Assembly (NCBI GenBank): GCA_040768745.1
Contig: JAXGMI010000003.1
Location: 32,001-96,000, forward strand
Direction: 5' to 3'
Length of the DNA: 64,000 nt
Source: Desulfomicrobium sp.
GTDB taxonomy: Bacteria > Desulfobacterota > Desulfovibrionia > Desulfovibrionales > Desulfomicrobiaceae
Shown here in pieces: positions 51,270 through 60,618 of this stretch (positions are counted from its first letter, which is position 1; every line of letters begins with the position of its first letter). The position numbers and the translations under genes were made by a program. The notes beneath the pieces were generated by a model, which was given only the letters and a program-made list of their open reading frames with translations, was not told where the DNA came from and made no database searches.

Positions 51270-51948
51270 GCTCACTCCCTCCGATGGTCTCGGAATCACC
51301 GCCCGATGCGCCGAGACCGAAATACTCGTCTGAATAGACGGTCATCAGGGCCGTGGATACGGGGACATGCATGGTGCGGAAATCGGCATATCCCGATCCC
51401 ATGGCATCCAGGACCCTGTTACTGAGGGCCAGAAGTGCGTCCTGAATCCGCTCAATCTTCACCGCCGGGTAGGGCTGCCCCGGTTCAAATCCCGTCAGGC
51501 CACAGGTGTGGGACATACCGCCAATTTCCAGGGGAATCCCGTACAGGCGGCAGGTGATGGGCCGGAATGCATAGAGCTGACACATCTCCCCAGTCCCCAG
51601 CAACGGGCAGCGGATTCTTTCCCTGGCGGCCCGGTGCAGAATTTCCGCAGGATCCTTTTCTTCAGCCTCACGGGAGACCTTTTTTTTCAGAATATAGGCT
51701 TTGCGGTCAGCCTTGTCCGCCTCAATCAGAATCTGGTTCTTGTGTGTGTCGTCAAGATCGGAAAATTTGGAATTCAGGTACAGGGCCTCGATCAGCGTGA
51801 TGTCAAAAAGGGCATGACAACAGTCGCTGCAGCCCTGCCTGCATGTCACTTCCCGGGGAAACTGCCCGGAAACCTTCTGAAAAACGGCGTCGACCTGCCG
51901 CACGAGGGACTCATACTCAGCAAAAAACGGAGCCAGATCCAAATTCAT
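51262..51948 (-). CDS. YkgJ family Cys-cluster protein
   Basis: CRQGCSDCC, RCPLL....C.LY..RPITCRLYG. Confidence 0.85.
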   Translation of the reverse strand: MNLDLAPFFAEYESLVRQVDAVFQKVSGQFPREVTCRQGCSDCCHALFDITLIEALYLNSKFSDLDDTHKNQILIEADKADRKAYILKKKVSREAEEKDPAEILHRAARERIRCPLLGTGEMCQLYAFRPITCRLYGIPLEIGGMSHTCGLTGFEPGQPYPAVKIERIQDALLALSNRVLDAMGSGYADFRTMHVPVSTALMTVYSDEYFGLGASGGDSETIGGSEHV

Positions 51949-52066
51949 GAACTCAATCCTCAATCGGGCATGCGCGAAGGCCCGAAAAATTCAGGCATGG
52001 AAGGAAGTAATTTGAAAGAAAGTGACTGATACTGAGGTGCTGCCCAGCATTGAACGAGCAAGAAGC

Positions 52067-52090
52067 ATGGCAGGCCCGAAGGCCTGCCAT
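52067..52090 (-). terminator. Stem-loop with cUUCGg tetraloop after the ferredoxin gene
   Basis: Minus strand ATGGCAGGCC-TTCG-GGCCTGCCAT, with a weak U-tail. Confidence 0.6.
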
Positions 52091-52101
52091 ATGGAAAAGA
52101 A

Positions 52102-52290
52102 CTAGTTTTCTTCGACAGTGATTGCGCCTGAGGGACAGACTTCAATGCAGGATTCGCAGCCCAGACATTCTTCCATGTTCACAGGAACTGCCTTGCCGTT
52201 CTGGAGCTCATACACTTCCACAGGGCAGACATCCACGCATTCCCCATCACCGGTGCACTTGTCGTGATCAACTGTAACCGTATAACCCAT
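52102..52290 (-). CDS. fdx: Dicluster ferredoxin with a CxxDxxC first site
   Basis: CTGDGECVDVCP and CLGCESCIEVCP; GGAGG RBS. Confidence 0.93.
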   Translation of the reverse strand: MGYTVTVDHDKCTGDGECVDVCPVEVYELQNGKAVPVNMEECLGCESCIEVCPSGAITVEEN

Positions 52291-52449
52291 GATCTACCTC
52301 CAAAATTCTGTAAAATTCTCGCTTTCGCGAAATGGATGAAACCCACTTACACACGAACAATTTGCCTGTAAACCCAAATAACTTCCAGCAAAAAAGATAT
52401 TTCGCGACAGGGGGATATCCGGGCGATGGAGATCGCCCGGAGGTCTGCG

Positions 52450-53604
52450 CTACTCGATTTCTTCCTTCACCCCGATGGCAACCTTGTACAGGATGGTCAG
52501 CACGAGGAATCCTGTGGCGTAAATCCCCAGGGACACGCCGAGTTCCAACTGCGTCGGGACGTACTCGGTGATCTCGTGCAGGGGGTTGGGCACAAAGCCG
52601 CCACCGATCATGCCGAGGCCCTTGTCGATCCACGCCCCGATGAAAATGAGCAGGCAGGCTATGATGAGCATATTGTCCCGCTCCCTGTTTTTGGGCACCA
52701 GCAGGATAAGGATGCCGATGACGGCCATGATCATGGATGACCACATCCACGGCACCAGCACGCCATGACCATGGTAGCCGGCAAACAGGTATTGCAGGTG
52801 CGCCATGTGCGATGGAATCTGGCTGTAGAAGACCGTGAAGACTTCGCAAAGGAGCAGGAAGAGGTTCACGCACATGGCGTACACGACCGTTTTGCCCAAT
52901 GTGGACAACACGCCCTTGCCGGGGTCAAACCCCGTGAAGATCTTGGCGATATAGGTGACCAGGATCAGGAAGGCGGGGCCGGCGGCAAAGGCCGAAGCCA
53001 GAAAGCGCGCCGCCAGGACCGCCGTCAGCCAGTAACCGCGGCCGGGCAGGCCGCAGTACAGGAAGGCCGTGACGGTATGGATGGACACCGCCCACGGAAT
53101 GGACAGGTAGATGAAGAACTTGATCCATTTCGGCGGGGCGATCTGCTTGCGCTCCGCCTCCAGGGTGACCCAACCCACCAGGATGTTGATGAGCAGGTAG
53201 CCGTTCAGGACCACCATGTCCCAGAAGAGAATGGAATTGGGCGTGGGATGCAGCAGGACGTTCATCAGGCGCTGCGGGGAGCCGAGGTCAGCCACGATGA
53301 AGAGCAGACAGAGCACGACCATGGCCACGGCATTGAATTCGCCGAGGATCAGGATCTTGGCGAATTTGTGATAATCATGAAGATACTTGGGGATGACCAG
53401 CATGACGGCCGAGGCGGCAACGCCCACCAGAAAGGTGAATTGGGCGATATAAAACCCCCAGGACACGTCCCGGCTCATGCCCGTGATGGTCAGACCGTGG
53501 GAAAGCTGCTGCCAGTAGCAGGCGGCGCCGACGCTCATCAGCAGGAGCAGGAAGGCGATCCATCCCCAATAGACTTTCGTTCCAGATATGGCTTTTTCAA
53601 GCAT
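52450..53604 (-). CDS. dsrP: DsrP (NrfD-type membrane subunit)
   Basis: TGMSRDVSWG.YI.QFTFLVGVAASA, SIPWAVSIHTVTAFL. Confidence 0.95.
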   Translation of the reverse strand: MLEKAISGTKVYWGWIAFLLLLMSVGAACYWQQLSHGLTITGMSRDVSWGFYIAQFTFLVGVAASAVMLVIPKYLHDYHKFAKILILGEFNAVAMVVLCLLFIVADLGSPQRLMNVLLHPTPNSILFWDMVVLNGYLLINILVGWVTLEAERKQIAPPKWIKFFIYLSIPWAVSIHTVTAFLYCGLPGRGYWLTAVLAARFLASAFAAGPAFLILVTYIAKIFTGFDPGKGVLSTLGKTVVYAMCVNLFLLLCEVFTVFYSQIPSHMAHLQYLFAGYHGHGVLVPWMWSSMIMAVIGILILLVPKNRERDNMLIIACLLIFIGAWIDKGLGMIGGGFVPNPLHEITEYVPTQLELGVSLGIYATGFLVLTILYKVAIGVKEEIE

Positions 53605-53614
53605 GGCTCACCCC

Positions 53615-54409
53615 CTACACAAGATAATAGACACAAGGTTTGGTTCCCAGGGTCGGGCTACGCCTGATGGAGAAACGCTCGGCCAGAAGCTTGCGCACTT
53701 CGGATTCAGGATCAGACAAGTCACCAAACACCATCGCACCTTCAGAAACCTCGACACAGGCGGGCATCTTTCCCTCCGCCAGGCGCTCGGCACAGAACTC
53801 ACACTTCTCCACGACACCCTTGGTCCGGGTCGGGAAGTCCGGGTTGGTCTTCCCCAGATGCTTGCGGGGGTCCATGAAGTTGAAACTGCGCGAGCCGTAA
53901 GGACATCCCGCCATGCAGTAGCGGCATCCGATGCAGCGGTGGAAGTCCATCATGACAATGCCGTCTTCGCGCTGGAAGGTCGCTTTGGTCGGGCAGACCC
54001 GCACACACGGAGGATTGTCGCAGTGGTTGCACAGCGCCAGGGCGGACTTCGCCCCCGCCTGAGGCTGGAACTCGTGCAGATCCTCCAGGAACAGGTGATC
54101 CATGTGGGCTTCCCAGATCCACTTCAGGTTCTGCTTTCCGGGAATCTCGGGCACATTGTGGATGGAATGGCAGGTATGCACCACCTCTTCCATGATCTTT
54201 TCCGTCAGTTTGGTCGTGTCGATCACCATGGCCCAGCGGGAGGCCTTGAGGGAATTGGGGCCGGCGTGCACCGCGTGGCGGGAGGCGAAAAGCACTCCTT
54301 CGCTGGGTTCTGCCCCTGCCGATGCCAGGAGCTGCGAGGCGGGTCGGACGCCCCATCCCAGTGCAGCAAAGGCTGCGATCTTCAGAAAGTTTCTACGCAT
54401 TGTCTTCAT
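53615..54409 (-). CDS. dsrO: DsrO (Tat-exported Fe-S protein)
   Basis: RRNFLK Tat motif, CNHCDNPPCVRVCP, CIGCRYCMAGCP, VEKC.FC. Confidence 0.95.
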   Translation of the reverse strand: MKTMRRNFLKIAAFAALGWGVRPASQLLASAGAEPSEGVLFASRHAVHAGPNSLKASRWAMVIDTTKLTEKIMEEVVHTCHSIHNVPEIPGKQNLKWIWEAHMDHLFLEDLHEFQPQAGAKSALALCNHCDNPPCVRVCPTKATFQREDGIVMMDFHRCIGCRYCMAGCPYGSRSFNFMDPRKHLGKTNPDFPTRTKGVVEKCEFCAERLAEGKMPACVEVSEGAMVFGDLSDPESEVRKLLAERFSIRRSPTLGTKPCVYYLV

Positions 54410-54792
54410 TTCTTTTCCCCCTTCGGATCAACATGACAATCCCAGCAGTAGGGGCTTACGGAAACTGTCGCATGGCATTTGTCGCAGAACTTATCCTTGT
54501 TCTCATGGCACTTGAGGCAGGTCTTGGTCAGACTTTTCGCATGCACCCGATGCGTGGCGGTGGAATGGTACTCGTGCTGGCCGTTGCGGACGACCTCGTC
54601 ACGCCACTCGTTGAGCATGGCCATGTGCTCGCTGCGCATGAACTCGACCCCTTCCACGCATTCCTTGGCCATTTTGACCTTTTCCAGCTCTGGCCGTTTA
54701 TAGGCGGCACTGCCGATGTTGTTCCAGAAAGGATAGGTCATGAAGACCACGAACACGGCAAGACCAACCAGTATTTTATTCTTGTCGTACAT
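54406..54792 (-). CDS. dsrJ: DsrJ triheme cytochrome c
   Basis: CLKCH, CDKCH, CWDCH; MR.EHM..L.EWRD.VVR. Confidence 0.95.
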   Translation of the reverse strand: MYDKNKILVGLAVFVVFMTYPFWNNIGSAAYKRPELEKVKMAKECVEGVEFMRSEHMAMLNEWRDEVVRNGQHEYHSTATHRVHAKSLTKTCLKCHENKDKFCDKCHATVSVSPYCWDCHVDPKGEKK

Positions 54793-56420
54793 TATTCATC
54801 CTCCCCGGGCAGGTCTTCGCCGCGCAGATCGGTTTCGCGTTCCTTTTCTCCGGTCATGATCAGGGCGTTGGCCACCAGCTCATGGAGACCGCACACGCTC
54901 ACCCCGGGCACCCAGTAGTTCATGGAGTTGGGAAGCACTGCCCGGTCAATGGCGCAGACACAGCCGAGCATGTTCACCCCGTACTTCTCATGCACGTACT
55001 TCACGGCATTGGCCCGGGGCAGACCGCCCATCATGCGCAATTCGTCATTCTCGCCCGCATTCAGCCCGGCACCGCCGCCGCAGCAGAAGGTCTGCTCCCG
55101 GATGGTGCCCACGGGCATGTCCGTGAATTTCTCCACCACGCTCTTGGCAACATAACGGGGCTCATCCAGCAGGCCCATCCCGCGCGCCGGATTACAGGAA
55201 TCATGCCAGGTAAGGTGGACTCTGGCATTACGTTTCTTGTCGAAATTGAGCTTGCCGTTCTTGATCAGGTCAGCGGTGAATTCGGCGATATGCACCATTT
55301 TGGTGCTGGCCGCATTCTTGAAGACGGTCCCCGTGATCGGATTGACCGGGGTTTCCATCCTGGAGGACTGGAAGTCAGGACCATTGAGGGTATCCATGTA
55401 CTGATGGATGACGCGCCACATGTGTCCGCATTCTCCGCCCAGGATCCACTTCACACCGAGACGGTCGGCCTCCATGTACATCTTGGAATTGAGGCGCTTC
55501 ATGGTTTCGTGCGAGGTGAAGAAACCGAAGTTGCCGCCTTCGGAAGCGTAGGTGGACCATGTGATGTCCAGGCCGTATTCCCGCTTGAGATGCTCGAACA
55601 GGATCAGGTAGCCCATGCAGGTGTATGTGCCGGGGTCGGCGAAAACGTCACCGGACGGGGTGACAAACAGGATGTCGGCCCCCTTCCTGTTGAATGTCGG
55701 CTCCGGACGGATACCCGTGATGTCCTCGATATCATCGCAGAAGAAGTCGATCATATCGAAAAAGGCATGGGGCTGAATGCCCAGATGGTTGCCCGTGCGG
55801 TAGCAGTTGGCCACGGGGGTGGCGATCCAGTCGATGTTGAGGCCCAGCAGGTTCAGCAGTTCGCGGCCGATGATGGTCACCTCGGCCGTGTCGATACCGT
55901 AGGGACAGAACACGGAACAGCGCCGGCATTCGGAACACTGGAAAAAGTAGTACCACCATTCCTTGAGGACATCGACGGTCAGCTTGCGGCCTCCCGCGAA
56001 ACGCCCCAGGATCTTGCCGAAAGTGGTGAACTCGCCGCGGTAGACCGAGCGGAGCAATTCGGCACGCAACACCGGCATGTTCTTGGGGTCGCCGGAACCG
56101 ATGAAATAATGGCATTTGTCGGCGCACGCACCGCAGCGTACGCAGATGTCCATGAAAATCTTGAAGGACCGGAACTTGTGCAGACGCTCGCGTATGCCGT
56201 TGAAAATGATTTCCTGCCAGTTTTCAGGAAGCTTCCAGTCCTCATCCAGGGGGTTCCATTTCCGGGCATTGGGCAGCCCCACGTATTTAACGCTGTCAGG
56301 GTTGGCGGCATAGCAGTAACGGCCGGGCTTGATCTCCACCGGCACGTCCATCCAGTCCGCTCTGGGCGGATTGTGGTCAATATTGGCAAAAAGTGCTTCA
56401 GGGCGTGGCAGATCAGACAT
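54792..56420 (-). CDS. dsrK: DsrK (HdrD-like catalytic subunit)
   Basis: CVRCGACADKC, CSECRRCSVFCP, GECGHMWR, HDSCNPAR, CCGGG. Confidence 0.96.
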   Translation of the reverse strand: MSDLPRPEALFANIDHNPPRADWMDVPVEIKPGRYCYAANPDSVKYVGLPNARKWNPLDEDWKLPENWQEIIFNGIRERLHKFRSFKIFMDICVRCGACADKCHYFIGSGDPKNMPVLRAELLRSVYRGEFTTFGKILGRFAGGRKLTVDVLKEWWYYFFQCSECRRCSVFCPYGIDTAEVTIIGRELLNLLGLNIDWIATPVANCYRTGNHLGIQPHAFFDMIDFFCDDIEDITGIRPEPTFNRKGADILFVTPSGDVFADPGTYTCMGYLILFEHLKREYGLDITWSTYASEGGNFGFFTSHETMKRLNSKMYMEADRLGVKWILGGECGHMWRVIHQYMDTLNGPDFQSSRMETPVNPITGTVFKNAASTKMVHIAEFTADLIKNGKLNFDKKRNARVHLTWHDSCNPARGMGLLDEPRYVAKSVVEKFTDMPVGTIREQTFCCGGGAGLNAGENDELRMMGGLPRANAVKYVHEKYGVNMLGCVCAIDRAVLPNSMNYWVPGVSVCGLHELVANALIMTGEKERETDLRGEDLPGEDE

Positions 56421-57433
56421 CACTCGGCTCCTTCTGCTGACGGCTTGTCCACGGGAATATCCTTTTCTTCCATCTTCTCACGGAATTCATCCTCGTATTC
56501 CTCGTAGGTGTGGTAGTGGACGTTTTCAAATTTCCATGGATTGACATGGCGGAACTTTCTTGAGGCACAGTTCATGTTCCTGGTCGGGGAGAGGAACACG
56601 CCGCCCATGTGCATGAGCTTGCTCAGCGGGAAGTAGATGAGCAGGACCGAAACGAGGAACAGGTGAATATAGAAAATCACCCCGATCCCCTCGGGAATGA
56701 CCCACGAAAAGGTGACCAGTCCCATGGTCAGCTGCTTGACGGAAATAATGTCCACCTTGGTGAAGTAGCGCATGAAAATGCCGCTGAAGGCTATACCGAG
56801 GATCAGGAAGAGCGGAAAATAGTCCTGCACCTGGGAAATATAGCGGACCTGGGGCACCACGACCCGACGCAAGAACAGATAGGTCACGGCAAGGACAAAA
56901 ACGAGATCGGTCAGGTAGAGGGTGGGGGCTCCGATCTGGAGCAGGGAGTCCATGGTGTCGATCCCGGCAATGAGGACCGGGACCGGTTCCGTGAAAAACC
57001 GCATATGCCGCACCACGATCACAAGAAAGCTGTAATGAAAGGCCAGCGCTCCCAACCAGAGCCACTTGCTTGAACTGTAGGTCACCTTGGTTCCTTCGTG
57101 CAGGTCAACCTTGGTGTTCCGGAACAGAGACCTGAACAACAGCACCTCGAGGATCATCCGCGTGACGACCCCGCCCGTCGTGGACGGATTCTCGATGGTG
57201 CTCTGCTTGATCCAGGGCAGAGACTCCTGCTGGCCGCAGGTGGTGGGAATGCAGAATGGCACCGCCGATCTGCCCCAGTCCACGACCCTCACACAGAACC
57301 CCACCACGAAAACCGCGACTGCCAGGAAGGGTATGTACAGCCCGAAGGCCTTTTCCATACCCAATGTCCCGGCGCCCACAAGGGCTATTGCCGCGAGGGC
57401 AAAGACCAGGAAGAGGGAGTAAAGAGCTTTCAT
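56420..57433 (-). CDS. dsrM: DsrM (NarI-like cytochrome b)
   Basis: IPTTCGQQ.SL, FHYSF...RH.R, YFP.SKLMHMGG.F.SPTRN. Confidence 0.95.
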   Translation of the reverse strand: MKALYSLFLVFALAAIALVGAGTLGMEKAFGLYIPFLAVAVFVVGFCVRVVDWGRSAVPFCIPTTCGQQESLPWIKQSTIENPSTTGGVVTRMILEVLLFRSLFRNTKVDLHEGTKVTYSSSKWLWLGALAFHYSFLVIVVRHMRFFTEPVPVLIAGIDTMDSLLQIGAPTLYLTDLVFVLAVTYLFLRRVVVPQVRYISQVQDYFPLFLILGIAFSGIFMRYFTKVDIISVKQLTMGLVTFSWVIPEGIGVIFYIHLFLVSVLLIYFPLSKLMHMGGVFLSPTRNMNCASRKFRHVNPWKFENVHYHTYEEYEDEFREKMEEKDIPVDKPSAEGAE

Positions 57434-57483
57434 GTACCTTGTACCTCGCTAAAGGGTTAACTCTGAAATATATTTAACGGACA

Positions 57484-58008
57484 CTACCCCGTTATCTCCT
57501 CGTCCTTAAGCAGATTTGCCTTTTCCAGAAGCTTGTGGGTTCTGCTGTACAATTGATTGGCTTTCTGTTGCCACAGAACCTCGCGGCAATTCATGTAGAG
57601 ATCAAACCCCAGCATGGTCAGGCGATCAACAGTCAGGTTCCAGTCCCGCAGCATGGCGTCCACAACATCAGGACCGGCGGCCTTTTCCAGCTCCCTGTGC
57701 ACAATTTCCTTCAGCGCAGGCACGAAACAGAGGGCCACAGACGGAGAAAACCCCTGCACGGCCCGAATGCGCAGGATTCCGTCCAGCTCTTTGGTGCATT
57801 CGGCCACGTCTGCCCCCTTGGCCAGATTCAGAAACATCTTTTCGATATTGTTCCGGAACGTATGACCCACAGGGTTTGCAAACTGATTGGCAGATCCGGA
57901 AAAAAACTTGGCTCCTTCCGATGGATAGGTCTGAATGATGGCCTCCACCCATTGCGCTGAAATACCCCTGTGATTATCGACCAGAAATTTGCTCAGATCC
58001 ATATTCAC
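57484..58008 (-). CDS. dsrT: DsrT (RsbRD N-terminal-like domain protein)
   Basis: W......YP....F......FANPVG, RIRAVQ.F.PS.A, FD.YM.CRE; directly upstream of dsrM. Confidence 0.8.
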   Translation of the reverse strand: MNMDLSKFLVDNHRGISAQWVEAIIQTYPSEGAKFFSGSANQFANPVGHTFRNNIEKMFLNLAKGADVAECTKELDGILRIRAVQGFSPSVALCFVPALKEIVHRELEKAAGPDVVDAMLRDWNLTVDRLTMLGFDLYMNCREVLWQQKANQLYSRTHKLLEKANLLKDEEITG

Positions 58009-58115
58009 CTTAACTTTATGATTTTACAGAAACAAAAGAAACCTTCGCAACAGCATGGAACAATTGGGCATAGTTGCGCGGTTCTTAAATCAGCTCGGTT
58101 TCAAGGTCAAGCCAT

Positions 58116-58133
58116 TTGTGAAAAATGAAACAA
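58116..58133. promoter_or_regulatory. Rex-like operator upstream of dsrT-MKJOP
   Basis: TTGTGAA-aaat-GAAACAA compared with the Rex consensus TTGTGAA-N4-TTCACAA; the left half is perfect. Confidence 0.45.
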
Positions 58134-58320
58134 AGGCAATTCGCAAATAAATATATTAATTCAGCGTGTTGAATCATTGCGCCCTTTCGCCCACCCCTGC
58201 TCCTGGCCTGGCCATGACCTTCCCGCCGGCCCCTCCCTTCCCTGCGGACTAGGCATTCAGGGACGGTTGTGGTAGCTGCACGCACATTACATGAACAACG
58301 CTAGCTGCACGGCCCCCTGC

Positions 58321-60615
58321 ATGAAATTACAATCTGTCCTTCTGTGCTGTCTCTGTCTTCTCCTTCTGCAGTGCCCCGCTGCATCCGCTGACTCCGCCGA
58401 CCGGGCTGAAACCGAGTCATGGCGGCTGCTTGCGGACAGGACAGAGGCCAGCCATGACAACCAATTCGTCGAAGCCTTTGGCAACGTCGTGCTGGAGCGT
58501 GGAAGCGACTACATTCGTGCCGATTATGCCCGCTTTTATCAAGGGACCAGATGGGTATTCCTCAAGGGCGCAGTGGAGGCCAGGTTCCAGGGGGACTTTC
58601 TCAAGGCCGAGGAGGCGGAGTTCGACCTCAACTCCAATATCGGCTGGCTCAAAGACGGTCAGGTTTTCATGGAAGAGCCGCACATGTACTTCGAAGGGGC
58701 CATCCTGAAAAAAACCGGGCCGGAAACATACGAATTCCGGGAGGCAACCATCACGGTCTGCGACGGGGACAGGCCTGCGTGGTCCATCAAATCCGCCCGC
58801 GGGGACATCACAGTGGATGGATACGCCCATCTCTGGGCGCCCCGCTTCCAGATCCTGGATCAGCCTGTGCTCTTCTCCCCCTACGCGGTCATCCCGGTGA
58901 AAACCAAACGGCAGAGCGGATTTCTCCTTCCGGAAATAGGCTCCAGCGACCGCCTCGGCATCACCTATGACCAGCCTTACTACCAGGTCATCGACGAAGA
59001 ACAGGACGTGACCCTGTACTCCCATCTGATGACATCCAGAGGGCTCATGCTCGGAGCGGAATACCGCCATGTCCCCGATATCCACACCAAGGGCATCTGG
59101 AAACTCGACTACCTGCATGACCTCGAGACTGAAGGTTCGTCCCTTTACAGCGACAATCCAGACATGGAGCGGGGCAACCGCAGCCGGTGGTGGGCCCGCG
59201 GCAAATTCGACGGTTATCTGGGTGAGCCGGACTGGAACCTCAAAGCTGATCTCGACCTTGTGTCCGACCAGGACTATCTTCGTGAATTTTCCAGAGGGTA
59301 TTCAGGATTCAGCAAGTCCCGCCGGGATTTTCTGAAATACTTCGGTCGCGATATCGAAGACAATGACAGCGACCTGCGCATCAACCGTCTCTTTTTGAGC
59401 CGCAGCTGGGCCAATATCGGGATCCAGGGCCTTGTGGAATACACGCAGAATCTCGAATACGGAAGCAACAGCAAGCTTTCCAACAAACGCAGTGAAGACA
59501 ATCCGACTGTGCAGCGCCTTCCCGAATTGAATCTGCACCTCTATCAGACGCAGCTCGCGGCAACTCCGCTGACCATGGAAGGAAGCTCGCAGCTTGCATC
59601 ATTCTGGCGGGAGTACGGCACAACCGGAACCCGCATCGACGTTCACCCTGTCCTCGGCCTTCCTCTCCATTTTCAATACGGGTCGATCATCCCCAAGGCC
59701 GGAGTCAGGGGGACGAGTTACTTCATCCAGCGTTTTGAAGGTGATGACCAGGACGTGGAGACTGACGAGAGCACCCAGGCGCGCTTCCTGCCGGACTTCT
59801 CCGCCACTGCCTACACCGAGTTCTCCCGGGTGTTCACCCTCCACGAAGAACGCGATGTGGAGCTGGATCAGACAGATTCCACCTGGCTCAAACTCAAACA
59901 TGCGGTCCAACCAAGGCTGGAATACACCTATCTGCCCTACGCGGATCAGGACAGACATCCCTATTTTGATGAAACCGACCGCATTGATGCCACCAACGAG
60001 CTGCGGTACTCGCTCAGCAACATTTTCACCTGCAAATCCGGACAACTGCGACCTGATCCGGCCAAACGCGGATCAACTGACATCAAGTTCGATTTTTTTG
60101 AACTGACCAGACTGCGTTTCGAGCAGGCCTACAATTTCCGCGAAGCCAGCAGGGAACACCAGATTGACGAGTATCCCAATCGTCCGTTCTCTGATGTTCT
60201 GACCGACCTGACCACCCGTCTCTCCCCCTGGCTCTCCCTGACCAACAAAACCTGGATCTCCCCCTACGAAGGTCAGGTCACGGAGCACGAACACTATCTG
60301 ACCTTCGCCTACGAGGACCTCACCTACGCCCTGTTCGGCCTGGATTTTCTTGAAGAAATTGACGAGTATGAGCGGCAGGAACAGGAACGGCAACGCATTG
60401 CCAAATTCGGGGGCGCCATGAGCCTCTCCCCGCAGTGGAGCGTGGCCGTTCTGTACCGCGTCGACTACGAAGCCAGCGTGGATCTGGAAAAAGAAGTCGT
60501 CCTCCGTTACGACCACCAGTGCTTTTCCGCAGAAACTGCGTGGAGCCAGACCGAGGATGACAACCGGTTCGAGTTCCGCGTCATTCTGGCCCAACTGGGC
60601 GCTCTCGGCCGCTGA
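58321..60615 (+). CDS. lptD: LPS assembly protein LptD
   Basis: Signal peptide, OstA-like N-terminus (EAFGNV), TVCD..PAWSI, KRQSGFLLP, barrel ending Y.HQC. Start is 58291 or 58321. Confidence 0.88.
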   Translation: MKLQSVLLCCLCLLLLQCPAASADSADRAETESWRLLADRTEASHDNQFVEAFGNVVLERGSDYIRADYARFYQGTRWVFLKGAVEARFQGDFLKAEEAEFDLNSNIGWLKDGQVFMEEPHMYFEGAILKKTGPETYEFREATITVCDGDRPAWSIKSARGDITVDGYAHLWAPRFQILDQPVLFSPYAVIPVKTKRQSGFLLPEIGSSDRLGITYDQPYYQVIDEEQDVTLYSHLMTSRGLMLGAEYRHVPDIHTKGIWKLDYLHDLETEGSSLYSDNPDMERGNRSRWWARGKFDGYLGEPDWNLKADLDLVSDQDYLREFSRGYSGFSKSRRDFLKYFGRDIEDNDSDLRINRLFLSRSWANIGIQGLVEYTQNLEYGSNSKLSNKRSEDNPTVQRLPELNLHLYQTQLAATPLTMEGSSQLASFWREYGTTGTRIDVHPVLGLPLHFQYGSIIPKAGVRGTSYFIQRFEGDDQDVETDESTQARFLPDFSATAYTEFSRVFTLHEERDVELDQTDSTWLKLKHAVQPRLEYTYLPYADQDRHPYFDETDRIDATNELRYSLSNIFTCKSGQLRPDPAKRGSTDIKFDFFELTRLRFEQAYNFREASREHQIDEYPNRPFSDVLTDLTTRLSPWLSLTNKTWISPYEGQVTEHEHYLTFAYEDLTYALFGLDFLEEIDEYERQEQERQRIAKFGGAMSLSPQWSVAVLYRVDYEASVDLEKEVVLRYDHQCFSAETAWSQTEDDNRFEFRVILAQLGALGR

Positions 60616-60618
60616 AAG

